Positions 9,903-18,690 of a DNA stretch of 64,000 bases are shown piece after piece (position 1 is the stretch's first letter; each line of letters opens with the position of its first letter). The notes under the pieces are model-generated. The model was not told the DNA's origin. It did not search any database and saw only the letters and a program-made list of their open reading frames with translations. The DNA lies in the IMG/VR virus record IMGVR_UViG_3300023082_000009, positions 30,880 through 94,879 of that record. The stretch is one strand, 5' to 3'. The translations under genes were made by a program, and so were the position numbers. Source of the stretch: a virus.

Positions 9903-10456
9903 ACAAGACCCTGGAGCTGGCCGATCACCTCGAACGCACCCCTGCCGACTCCGGGGTGCTTGTTGTCCACGATGCCTTGCGTATGGCTGCCGCCGAGCTG
10001 CGCCGCCTGGACGCGCTGATCAACACACCCGAGACCGAGAACTTCGTCGAAGGCATCCGCCTGGAAGCCGCACACCAGGAGCAGCGCTGGGGCGCGTCGC
10101 ACGATGACGGTAAGGGTCCGCAGGACTGGTACTGGCTCGTCGGCCACCTCGCAGGCAAGGCCCTCATGTCCTTCGTTACGGGCGACATCGAGAAGGCCAA
10201 ACACCACGTCATCACAACAGCTGCGGCGCTGGCCAACTGGCACCGCAAACTCTGTGGGAGCGGCACCATGCGTCCAGGCATCGCACCACCAGAGCCGGAG
10301 AAGACCGAGGAGTACCAGCAGGGCTTCAAGGCTTACCAGGAAGGCCGCACCCCTTGCGCCAACCCCTACCTGTCCACCAACCAGTTCTGGGCCAGCGGCT
10401 CTTGGGCTCGCGGCTTCCGCGCCGCCGCTCTCAAAGACACAAAGGAGCATGGCTAA
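9899..10456 (+). CDS. MazG-like helical domain plus C-terminal RMF-like motif
   Basis: EAAHQEQRWG...DW...HH..T.AA.L..W; C-terminal YQQGFKAYQEG...NPY...W.RGF resembles ribosome modulation factor. Confidence 0.5.
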   Translation: MNKTLELADHLERTPADSGVLVVHDALRMAAAELRRLDALINTPETENFVEGIRLEAAHQEQRWGASHDDGKGPQDWYWLVGHLAGKALMSFVTGDIEKAKHHVITTAAALANWHRKLCGSGTMRPGIAPPEPEKTEEYQQGFKAYQEGRTPCANPYLSTNQFWASGSWARGFRAAALKDTKEHG

Positions 10457-11454
10457 TGGAGCGGGCGCACATCAAGGAGGTTCTGCGTGACGTGTTCGGG
10501 CGGAACTTCGCGATGAAGGATCTCGGCGAGTGGGTGAGTATCAAGTGCCCGCTGGCCAAGTGGACCCACGAGAAGGGCTCCGACTCCACGGCGTCTGCCG
10601 GGGTCAAGGTCGCGCCCGACGGCACCAGTATCTACAACTGCTTCACCTGCAAGCACCCCAAGCCGTTCCACGCCATGCTCAAGGAGTACGCGGAGTATTC
10701 CGGGGACAACCTGGACGGCTTGATCGAGGAGCTGGAGGAGGGTGAGTTCCTCGGCCCGTCCAGGCCCCGCACGTACGACGAGATCCGGGCGGAGATGGCC
10801 CAGGAAACCGAGATGGCTATGCCCCTGGACGAAGGCCTGTACATGGACCTCTACCAGCCAGCAGGCAAGCACCGGTACCTGCGTGATCGCGGCATCGACC
10901 TCGCCACCTCCCAGAAGCTGGAGCTGCGGTTTGATCCGAAGGACAGCGAAGGCGAGGCCCGCATCATGTTCCCGGTGCGCGGCCCCGATGGCCTGCTCTA
11001 CGGGTTCAGCGGGCGGGCGATCAACCCAGGTGCCCGGCTCAAGGTCCGCGACTACCACGGCCTCAAGAAGTCCGAGATGGTCCTGGGCTCGCACCTCGTA
11101 GGGCCGACCGACAAGATCTGCATCGTCGAGGGGCTCTTCGACTACGCCAACGCGCATCAGTGTGGCTATACAGGGTGTGCCGTAATGCACTCAACTATGA
11201 CCGATCACCAAGCCGACATCTTCCGGGATCTCGGGCGGCCAGCCTACCTCTTCTACGATGACGACAAGGCCGGTGAAGATGGCAACGTGATTGCCGAACG
11301 GAAACTGAAAGGCCACATCCCTCTACTCGGAGTGACCTACCCAGACGTGAAGATTGAAGACGATTCACCGGAAGGATGGCACTGGCTCAAAGACCCCGGA
11401 GAGATGATTCCCGAGGACTTTGCCCAGATGATCCGGGACGCCTATCTTCTTTGA
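10456..11454 (+). CDS. DNA primase (DnaG-like)
   Basis: Zn-binding CP..H...CFTC; RIMFPV...GFSGRA; TOPRIM IVEGLFD, YDDDKAG, KDPGE. Confidence 0.9.
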   Translation: MERAHIKEVLRDVFGRNFAMKDLGEWVSIKCPLAKWTHEKGSDSTASAGVKVAPDGTSIYNCFTCKHPKPFHAMLKEYAEYSGDNLDGLIEELEEGEFLGPSRPRTYDEIRAEMAQETEMAMPLDEGLYMDLYQPAGKHRYLRDRGIDLATSQKLELRFDPKDSEGEARIMFPVRGPDGLLYGFSGRAINPGARLKVRDYHGLKKSEMVLGSHLVGPTDKICIVEGLFDYANAHQCGYTGCAVMHSTMTDHQADIFRDLGRPAYLFYDDDKAGEDGNVIAERKLKGHIPLLGVTYPDVKIEDDSPEGWHWLKDPGEMIPEDFAQMIRDAYLL

Positions 11455-11479
11455 CATACGAAAGGCCAATGCCTAGTAT
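11451..11479 (+). promoter_or_regulatory. sigma70-like promoter
   Basis: TTGACA-17 bp-TAGTAT. Confidence 0.6.
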
Positions 11480-11487
11480 GGTGCGAC

Positions 11488-11862
11488 ATGACTAATGGTC
11501 AGATAGAAGAACCCGATTACTTCCTGTTGCACCTCCAACCCCTCTTGAAGGGCAAGAGCGTAAAGCTCGTAGTTGAGCAGGAAAAGACGCACGGAAAGGT
11601 TAACCGTCTCGTGCAAAAAGGATTACTCATCGCGCCAGGGAAAGTCTACGGACTCGATACCCATGCGATGGTAGTGTCGCTCCTCGGGAGCGGGAGCTGC
11701 GTGATCTATCCAGACTCGCAGACAAGCAAAGGTGAATTGGTCAAGGCTGGGCTCTCCGCTCGGCTGGCCATAGCCTTAATTGATTCACTTAAAAAACTCT
11801 ACGGAGAGTCAACCCATGGCACCGCAAAGACCCGCAAGACCCGCTCGCGCCGCAGCAAGTAA
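11488..11862 (+). CDS. hypothetical protein, possibly leaderless
   Basis: ORF starts 8 nt after the predicted -10 and has no SD. Confidence 0.55.
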   Translation: MTNGQIEEPDYFLLHLQPLLKGKSVKLVVEQEKTHGKVNRLVQKGLLIAPGKVYGLDTHAMVVSLLGSGSCVIYPDSQTSKGELVKAGLSARLAIALIDSLKKLYGESTHGTAKTRKTRSRRSK

Positions 11863-13096
11863 GGCGCCAGCAGCACGCACTTCCTACCGAGGCGACGCGG
11901 GCCGTCGTCAGATGGAGGAAGAGCAGATCCGCCAGGAAGCAGCCAAAGAAGCACGCAAGGCCAAAGGCTTTGAACCCTTCCGCTTCTGGACCCCGGTTGG
12001 CGAAACTCGCCAGATCGTGATCATCGACGACGCGCCGGACTTCTTCCGCTACGAGCACGCCCTGAAAAGTGCAGGCTCGAATCGCTACGACAACTTCTTG
12101 CCGTGCATCAACGAAGACGCCAACTGCCCGGCCTGCTCGGTATCCGAGAAGCCTGCGTACTTTGCCATGTACCTGTCGGTCATCGACCTGACTCCGTACA
12201 ACAACAAAGACGGCGACGAAGTTCCATGGTCCAAGAAAATGCTGGTCGTGAAACCGTCCCAGCAGAAGAAGATCTCCCGCCTGTTCGAGCGTGAAGGCTC
12301 CCTGCGCGGCATGATTCTGGACATGACCCGCGACGGCGACAAAGACGCGGCCATTGGCAACGACATCGAGTTCGTGGGCTGGATGGAAGAAGACGAACTG
12401 GCCACCTACTACGATGAATACACGGACAAAGACGGCAAGGTCCAAACCATCGACTGCCTGGAGCCGTTCGACTACGACAGCATCTACCCTGAAATGACCG
12501 AAGAGCAGTTGGCTACCATCGCAGGCGTAACCGACCACGGCGTGGGCAACCGTCGCCAGACTGATCGTGCGATTGGCCGTGGCGGTCGTGAAGCTCCAGC
12601 ACCAGCAGCTCGCGGTGGTCGTTCCGCAGGCCGTCGTGATGCCGAGGCGCCGACTCGTCCAGCGCGGGGCGGTCGTCAGGCTCCTGCCGATGATGGCAAC
12701 GATGACCAGCAGGACGCACCACAACGTGGTCGCCGCCCAGCGCCAGCAGCAGAAGCCCCGGCACGCGGTCGTCGCCAAGCAGCGGAAGAAGCCCCGGCGC
12801 CTACTCGTGGCCGCCGTGCGCCTCCACCGCCTGCCGACGATTACCCGGATGACCAGGGTGGCGAAGACTACGCCGATGACGCCCCAGCAGAAGCTCCACC
12901 GGCACGCGGCGGTCGTCGCCCGGCACCGGCAGCAGAAGCGCCTTCGCGTGGTCGCCGCCCATCGCCAGCAGCTGATGATGCCCCTCAGCGTCCAGCTCGC
13001 GGCGGTCGTGCGGCAGCAGCACACGAAGACCCGCCATTCGAGGAAGAGCCACCAGCAGCGCGGGGCCGTACTGCCCTTCGCGGTCGGCGTAACTAA
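11816..13096 (+). CDS. single-stranded DNA-binding protein (gp32-like) with long RGG/Pro/Ala-rich disordered tail
   Basis: FRFW...EH...C.....CPAC...YLSVIDL, typical of phage Zn-SSBs; highly biased codons; low-complexity C-terminal ~180 aa. Confidence 0.7.
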   Translation: MAPQRPARPARAAASKAPAARTSYRGDAGRRQMEEEQIRQEAAKEARKAKGFEPFRFWTPVGETRQIVIIDDAPDFFRYEHALKSAGSNRYDNFLPCINEDANCPACSVSEKPAYFAMYLSVIDLTPYNNKDGDEVPWSKKMLVVKPSQQKKISRLFEREGSLRGMILDMTRDGDKDAAIGNDIEFVGWMEEDELATYYDEYTDKDGKVQTIDCLEPFDYDSIYPEMTEEQLATIAGVTDHGVGNRRQTDRAIGRGGREAPAPAARGGRSAGRRDAEAPTRPARGGRQAPADDGNDDQQDAPQRGRRPAPAAEAPARGRRQAAEEAPAPTRGRRAPPPPADDYPDDQGGEDYADDAPAEAPPARGGRRPAPAAEAPSRGRRPSPAADDAPQRPARGGRAAAAHEDPPFEEEPPAARGRTALRGRRN

Positions 13097-13099
13097 ACC

Positions 13100-14788
13100 A
13101 TGCGCCCGGCTATCCTTGCGGGCGCTATGAAGCTCCCTCTCGATAGTATCGACGCCCCTGCCGTAAAGAAGCTGACCACCTACAAGCATCGCCCCCTGGG
13201 CCTTGCCGACGGTGAGCCAGATCTGGAGGTCGAGGCTTGGTACTACGAGGGGGATTTTCTTTGCGTGCCCCGCCAGCTCGGGATCACGCTGTGCAATCAG
13301 TTGCACATCGAGATCGAAGATCAGACCAGTGATGGGTTCCCTGCCGTCTTCCCTTGCATCCCCGATCCCAGGGTGTACCAGGAGCCGCAGATCGACCAGA
13401 TCGTGGAAACCTTCGACAGCTTTTACGACTTCATCTTCCGTGCCCATACCGGGTGGGGTAAGACCGTGGGCTCCCTCATTGCCGCAGCGCGGATGGGGCG
13501 GACCACCATTGTCATCGTTGACCAGGACAACCTCCGGGAGCAGTGGGAGGAGTGCCTGATCAAGTTGTTCGGCTTCAAGCCCGAGGAGATCGGGATCATC
13601 CAGGGGCCGGAGAAGAAGTGGCGCTGGAAGGGACTGGCCGTAACCATCGCTATGGTGCAGACCCTCAGCCAGAAGGGCGTGTCGGAGGAGATGGCGGAAT
13701 ACTACGGTACTGCCATCGTCGACGAGGTACACACCGCTGGCGCCCCGACGTTCTCCGCCTCCCTGGTCATGTTCAGCGCCGGTCGACGCCTGGGCGTGTC
13801 TGCTACTCCTGGTCGCCGTGATGGCCTCCAGCGCGCCCTGGACCACAACCTGGGCAAGATCCGCGTGGCAGCCGACAAGGAGCACGACCGCTCCGCCGTC
13901 TACGTGATCCGTCACGAGACCGTCTACAGCTTCTACGGCAACGTGTCCAAGATGACCGGGCGGATCTTCTCCGAGGTCGAGGAGGATGGCCCGCGTAACA
14001 TGACGATCATGGAGGCAGCTCTCTGGCTGTACGAGTCGGGGCGGGACGTGCTGATCCTCTCGGACCGTATCGAGCAGCTGCGGGAGCTGATGAGCATCGG
14101 CTATTACCTGGGGGTGCCCGAGGAGGAGATGGGCCTGTATACTGGCCACGACCCCCAGTGGATCTTCGGCAAAGACCCGAAGCCTACCAAGAGACCTGAT
14201 GACCTGCACCGATGGAAAGACGACCGAGGCCGCTTCGTGTACGCGGAGTACAGCGCGGTCGGTTTGCAGCTCGTGAGGAAACGAATTCCTAAAGCCACAC
14301 TCAAACAGGTCAAAGAAAGATGCACGATGATGTTTGCTACATACGGGATGTGCTCAAAGGGCTTCGACAAACCCAGCCTCACGGGCGGCATCGACGCTAC
14401 ACCTAGAAGCACGGCAGAACAGATTCACGGTCGGATTCTCCGAGGGGAAGACGGCAGGCCAATACCGATCTGGGTAACCATCGCCGACGTGAACAGCTAC
14501 CGACTGATGTATTCGTTCGGTAGTCGGGTGAAGGAGTATCTCAAAAGCAATGGTGTCCTCTTTGAGTGGCACCCAGACGGGAGTGTTGAACCATGCGACG
14601 TGACAGACCTAAAGGCAGAGATCTACGACCGGGTAACCGAGCTGAAATCTATGCAGATCCAAACCAACAGCGACGGGCTAAATATTCTGCTGACGGCCAA
14701 GGACGCGCAGAGAAACAAGCGGACAGCCGAGCGCGCTATAATGCAAAAGTTCCAAAGACCGCCAGCCCGCCTGCCCCGCCATCAGTGA
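13100..14788 (+). CDS. superfamily 2 DNA helicase (ResIII/UvsW-like)
   Basis: AHTGWGKT, IVDEVH, GVSATP, GFDKP, EQIHGRILR. Confidence 0.9.
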   Translation: MRPAILAGAMKLPLDSIDAPAVKKLTTYKHRPLGLADGEPDLEVEAWYYEGDFLCVPRQLGITLCNQLHIEIEDQTSDGFPAVFPCIPDPRVYQEPQIDQIVETFDSFYDFIFRAHTGWGKTVGSLIAAARMGRTTIVIVDQDNLREQWEECLIKLFGFKPEEIGIIQGPEKKWRWKGLAVTIAMVQTLSQKGVSEEMAEYYGTAIVDEVHTAGAPTFSASLVMFSAGRRLGVSATPGRRDGLQRALDHNLGKIRVAADKEHDRSAVYVIRHETVYSFYGNVSKMTGRIFSEVEEDGPRNMTIMEAALWLYESGRDVLILSDRIEQLRELMSIGYYLGVPEEEMGLYTGHDPQWIFGKDPKPTKRPDDLHRWKDDRGRFVYAEYSAVGLQLVRKRIPKATLKQVKERCTMMFATYGMCSKGFDKPSLTGGIDATPRSTAEQIHGRILRGEDGRPIPIWVTIADVNSYRLMYSFGSRVKEYLKSNGVLFEWHPDGSVEPCDVTDLKAEIYDRVTELKSMQIQTNSDGLNILLTAKDAQRNKRTAERAIMQKFQRPPARLPRHQ

Positions 14789-15111
14789 GGCGAGGACATC
14801 GGCGCGAGGTGAGTCAAGCTGATATGGACGGTACCGCAATCGTAGAGAGCTACACGGTGCCCGAGGCGGCGGAGGCAATGGGCAAAGCCCTGAACACCTT
14901 CCGACGCTGGATACACGATGAACTGATCCCTGGCCCGTACCTGCATGACACGCAGTCGGGGTATCTGGTCTACAGCAGAGGCGAGCTGGACATAATCGCC
15001 CAGGCACTGCAAGTGCACGCCGAGGAGTTCTCCTACTTCCGGGCGGACCACACGACAGTGATTCATGCAATCAACCAGCGCATCCAGGCATACCGCTCGA
15101 TGCACATCTGA
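14593..15111 (+). CDS. HTH (MerR/excisionase-like) DNA-binding protein
   Basis: YTVPEAAEAMGKALNTFRRWIHDELIP; GGGAG SD before 14593; start could lie further downstream. Confidence 0.7.
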   Translation: MRRDRPKGRDLRPGNRAEIYADPNQQRRAKYSADGQGRAEKQADSRARYNAKVPKTASPPAPPSVRRGHRREVSQADMDGTAIVESYTVPEAAEAMGKALNTFRRWIHDELIPGPYLHDTQSGYLVYSRGELDIIAQALQVHAEEFSYFRADHTTVIHAINQRIQAYRSMHI

Positions 15112-15118
15112 GGTCACC

Positions 15119-15508
15119 ATGGCAGACCAACCAAGAGTCATTCGCCCGAAGGCTGCTCAAACGCGGCAGGCGGCGAGTCAAGAGATCGCGGGGCGTGCGA
15201 CAGTCCAGACGGACTACCGCAGGAAGAAGACCACCGAGCAGGAAACGGCAAGGCAGGAATCACTCGATGCGGGGTACTTTCCCCCAGGAGTGGAGCCTGC
15301 CCTTGTCCGTGTAGGGGTGGGCAACACCATCAACCTGGGTAACTTTGAGTCCATGCGCATCGACATCAGCATCACGCTGCCGTGTCTCGTCGAGGACATC
15401 GAAGACACCTACCGTCGCGCCAGCGAATACGCGTCGGAGTTCATGGCCGAAGAAGAAGCCGTATGGCTCGGGCCAACCAACGCCAATCCAGCAAAACCTA
15501 AGCGCTAA
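15119..15508 (+). CDS. conserved phage protein (TINLGNFES motif)
   Basis: GAGG SD; NTINLGNFESMRIDI motif common in phage replication modules. Confidence 0.7.
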   Translation: MADQPRVIRPKAAQTRQAASQEIAGRATVQTDYRRKKTTEQETARQESLDAGYFPPGVEPALVRVGVGNTINLGNFESMRIDISITLPCLVEDIEDTYRRASEYASEFMAEEEAVWLGPTNANPAKPKR

Positions 15509-15519
15509 GGAGCCTCACC

Positions 15520-16659
15520 ATGGCCCGCACCATTATCCGTGGTAAACCAGTAGGAAAGCCCGCTGAGCATAAGATGGGCGCCGAGCTGATGCAGACGATC
15601 AAGGAAATCGACAAGGCGTACGGCGGTGGCCTGGTCCTCAAGGGGCGCGGTGTGCAGCAGCCCATGCGAATCCCTACCGGCATCTTTGCCGTGGACTTGG
15701 CAACCTGCGGCGGCATCCCGGTGCGGGGCATCTCGATGTTCCACGGGCGCCGGTCCTCCGGCAAGACCACCAGCGCCTTGAAGACCATCGCCCAGGCCCA
15801 GCGACTCTGGCCGGATCTCGATCACGTCTTCGTTGACGCCGAGCACAGCTTCGAGTCCGTGTGGGCCGCCAAGCTGGGTGTGGACCTGGACCGCTTGATC
15901 CTGGTTCAGCCAGAGACAGGGGAGCAGGGCGTGAACATCATGGACGCGCTCATGCAGACCCCAGGGGTGGGCCTCATGGTCCTGGACAGCATCGCCGCAC
16001 TGATCCCGATGAAGGAGCTGGACGCGGCAGCCGAGGACGCCCACGTAGGCATCCACGCCAAGTTGGTCACCACCCTCATGCGCCGGATCACCGCAGCCTT
16101 TTCCAAGGCCCGCCAGACTGGCCGCATGATGGCGTTCCTCTGCATCAACCAGGAGCGCGCCGGTATCGGCAAATGGGCACCACCAGGACAGGAAGCGATC
16201 AACCTGCCGGGCGGCAAGGCGCTCGATCACTACACCATGCTCCAGATCAAGTTCAAGAATAAGGAGAACATCTCGAAGGACCACCAGGGCATCGAAACCC
16301 TGGAGTACAACGAGCACGCTTTCCAGATCGACAAAAACAAAATGAATGCTGGCCTGCGCAAGGGCGAGTTCCAGCTGATGCGCCGGGCCAACGAAGAGAA
16401 GGGCTTGGTGGAGGGCGACCTCGACGACTGCGGCACCATGATCGCCTACGCCAAGAAGGTCGGCATCTACACGGGCGGCGGTCAGTCCTGGACCCTGGAC
16501 CTCAATGGCGTGCCGATCAAGTTCCGCTCAGCCGATGAAGCCTGCCAGCACTTCCAGAGCGACCACGATGACTTCTGGGCGCTGCGCAACCACTTGATCG
16601 CTCTGCATGCGCAGAAGATGGGTATGCCCGCTGACTTCATCCAACGCTTCTACGAGTGA
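15520..16659 (+). CDS. recA: RecA/UvsX-like recombinase
   Basis: IPTGIFAVDLA, GRRSSGKTT, FVDAEH, LDSIAAL, INQER, PGGKAL. Confidence 0.93.
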   Translation: MARTIIRGKPVGKPAEHKMGAELMQTIKEIDKAYGGGLVLKGRGVQQPMRIPTGIFAVDLATCGGIPVRGISMFHGRRSSGKTTSALKTIAQAQRLWPDLDHVFVDAEHSFESVWAAKLGVDLDRLILVQPETGEQGVNIMDALMQTPGVGLMVLDSIAALIPMKELDAAAEDAHVGIHAKLVTTLMRRITAAFSKARQTGRMMAFLCINQERAGIGKWAPPGQEAINLPGGKALDHYTMLQIKFKNKENISKDHQGIETLEYNEHAFQIDKNKMNAGLRKGEFQLMRRANEEKGLVEGDLDDCGTMIAYAKKVGIYTGGGQSWTLDLNGVPIKFRSADEACQHFQSDHDDFWALRNHLIALHAQKMGMPADFIQRFYE

Positions 16660-16666
16660 CCCTGCC

Positions 16667-17041
16667 ATGTCCGACACGCCACCTACCAACAGCGCCCTGG
16701 CACGCATGCAGCGAACCGGTAACCTGACTGCCTCGCACAAGCGTGCTCCTAAGCAAGAAGCATCCCTGGCCAAGCGGGTAGGTGGCCGGGTAACCCCAGG
16801 CTCCGGCAACGGTGCAACGAAGGGCGACATTCGTATCAAGGGCATCGCCCGGATCGAGTGCAAGTGCACCAAGAACAAGTCCTTCTCTGTCACGTTCGAC
16901 ATGATCGAGAAGATCGAAGCAGCCGGGGCCGAGGGTGCCGAGCTACCAATCATTGCAATTGAGTTCATCGACGACACCGGGCGGGTTTTGAAGTCTGTAG
17001 CCGTATGCCCGATGTACGTCCTCGACAGTCTCAGGGAGTAG
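16667..17041 (+). CDS. PD-(D/E)XK nuclease, Holliday junction resolvase-like
   Basis: QE..LAK..GG..TPGSG...KGD......IECK. Confidence 0.75.
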   Translation: MSDTPPTNSALARMQRTGNLTASHKRAPKQEASLAKRVGGRVTPGSGNGATKGDIRIKGIARIECKCTKNKSFSVTFDMIEKIEAAGAEGAELPIIAIEFIDDTGRVLKSVAVCPMYVLDSLRE

Positions 17042-17044
17042 TCC

Positions 17045-18046
17045 ATGCCGATCATCCGCAGAATCCGAACCAGAGTGCAGGAACAGCCGCCGCAGCCGCG
17101 TGCTGAGTCCCGCGCCAGCCTCGCACTGCGTCGCCGTCGTGGCGAGACCGTGGAGCCGACGCCTGCCCCTGGTCGCCGGGTGCGCAACGCCAACCCAGAT
17201 ACCCAGGTTGTGCCTGCACCTAACACGGACTACCCCCTGGGCGAAGTGATCGACCGTGCGAAGTGGTCCATGCAGGACACGCGCCCAGGCCACCACCTCC
17301 ACGTCAGCGACCTGCTTTATAAGTGCATCCGCAAGCGTGCCCTGGAGGAGCGGTACAGCGTCCTGCCGCCAGCGCGCCGGTTGACCATGAGCGACATGCT
17401 GACCTTCGCGATGGGCGATGCCGTCCACGACTGTCTCAAGGAGCGTGCCCGCATCGGCGCACCCGAGAAGGTCTGGGGCATCTGGTCCTGCAAGTGCAAG
17501 TACCTCACGCACGACGAGCCTTGCATCTATGCCGAGATCAACCAGGAGGAGACGTGCCCACACTGCAAGTCCCTGGTTAACCACTACAACGAAGTCTCCA
17601 TGTTCGACGAGGAGTACGGGGTGGTCGGCAACCCTGACCTGATCCTGTACATCGAACGCAGCGATGCCTTCCATGTGACCGAACTCAAGTCGATGGCGCA
17701 CAAGCAGTGGGAGGAGCTGACCCGGCCCGATCCTGACCACGTTCGCCAAGTCGTCTTCTACTGGCACCTGATGCACCGCAAGGGCTACCGCCTCACCGAC
17801 CGCGTGTCGATCTTCTACTGCACCAAGCAATGGCAGTTCGGGGACAAGACCGTCTACAAGGAATTCCTCATCGACCCGGTGGCCGAGCTGCACCGCCTGG
17901 ACCCGATGATCGAAGATGCCAAGGCCTACAAGGCGTGCGTGGAACTCGGGGAGGCTGCACCTTTGCCACTCCGTACCCACTGCGCCCACGAAGGCTCCAA
18001 GGATGCAAAGAAGTGCGGGGTTCTCGAACTCTGCTTTGGAGAGTGA
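17045..18046 (+). CDS. Cas4-like PD-(D/E)XK exonuclease
   Basis: HVSDLLYKC, G.AVHD, GNPD...ELKS, QVVFY, C-terminal Cys cluster. Confidence 0.8.
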   Translation: MPIIRRIRTRVQEQPPQPRAESRASLALRRRRGETVEPTPAPGRRVRNANPDTQVVPAPNTDYPLGEVIDRAKWSMQDTRPGHHLHVSDLLYKCIRKRALEERYSVLPPARRLTMSDMLTFAMGDAVHDCLKERARIGAPEKVWGIWSCKCKYLTHDEPCIYAEINQEETCPHCKSLVNHYNEVSMFDEEYGVVGNPDLILYIERSDAFHVTELKSMAHKQWEELTRPDPDHVRQVVFYWHLMHRKGYRLTDRVSIFYCTKQWQFGDKTVYKEFLIDPVAELHRLDPMIEDAKAYKACVELGEAAPLPLRTHCAHEGSKDAKKCGVLELCFGE

Positions 18047-18047
18047 C

Positions 18048-18560
18048 ATGCGCATTCAGAGATCGCGCCCTGGTGCGCAGCCACAAGCAAAGGCCGAACA
18101 CATCCTGGGCGTAGACCCAGGCAACTCCGGCGCCCTCGTCGTGCTGACTGAGCGAGGGGCATTCGTCGACGCGCTCAACGTACCTATCGTTCAGTCAGGC
18201 AAGAGTTACCGCGTCAACGGGGCGGCGGTCGCTGCCTTCCTTTGGAAGTACAACATCATCCATGCCTACATCGAGAAGGTAGGGTCCATGCCCGGCCAGG
18301 GCGTCGCCTCGATGTTCACGTTCGGCCATGCAGCCGGGCTGGTAGAAGGTGTAGTAGCCGGTCAGATGATTCCGATCAGCCACATCACCCCGCAGTCCTG
18401 GAAGAAGATGGCCGGACTGACAGGCAAGGAGAAGGATTGCGCCCGGTCCCGCTGCGTCCAGCTCTACCCACACGTCCGCGTCCTGGACACCAAGGTGCGG
18501 GGCGGTGCAATAGGCGATGCCATCCTGATCGCCAGGGCCGGACACGGACTGCCGCTATAA
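18048..18560 (+). CDS. ruvC: RuvC-like Holliday junction resolvase
   Basis: ILGVDPG, AYIEKV...GVASMFTFG, PQSWKK, DAILIA. Confidence 0.85.
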   Translation: MRIQRSRPGAQPQAKAEHILGVDPGNSGALVVLTERGAFVDALNVPIVQSGKSYRVNGAAVAAFLWKYNIIHAYIEKVGSMPGQGVASMFTFGHAAGLVEGVVAGQMIPISHITPQSWKKMAGLTGKEKDCARSRCVQLYPHVRVLDTKVRGGAIGDAILIARAGHGLPL

Positions 18561-18599
18561 GTTTCAATGCAATTGATTGCACCAAAGGTCTGTGAAGAC

Positions 18600-18628
18600 T
18601 TGAATAAAGAATGAACCCGCCCTACTAT
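18600..18628 (+). promoter_or_regulatory. sigma70-like promoter
   Basis: TTGAAT-17 bp-TACTAT; a 16-bp palindrome copy lies just upstream at 18567-18582. Confidence 0.55.
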
Positions 18629-18690
18629 CACTTCGCGAGTTCACCAACTTGACCCGGCATCCCGCCACCTACACACGAGAGTTACCCACC

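Noticed and set aside
11789-14209. Long minus-strand ORFs (806 aa here; also 6470-8077, 18682-20211, 33181-34899)
   Set aside because: Antisense shadows of GC-biased + strand genes; no recognisable motifs.
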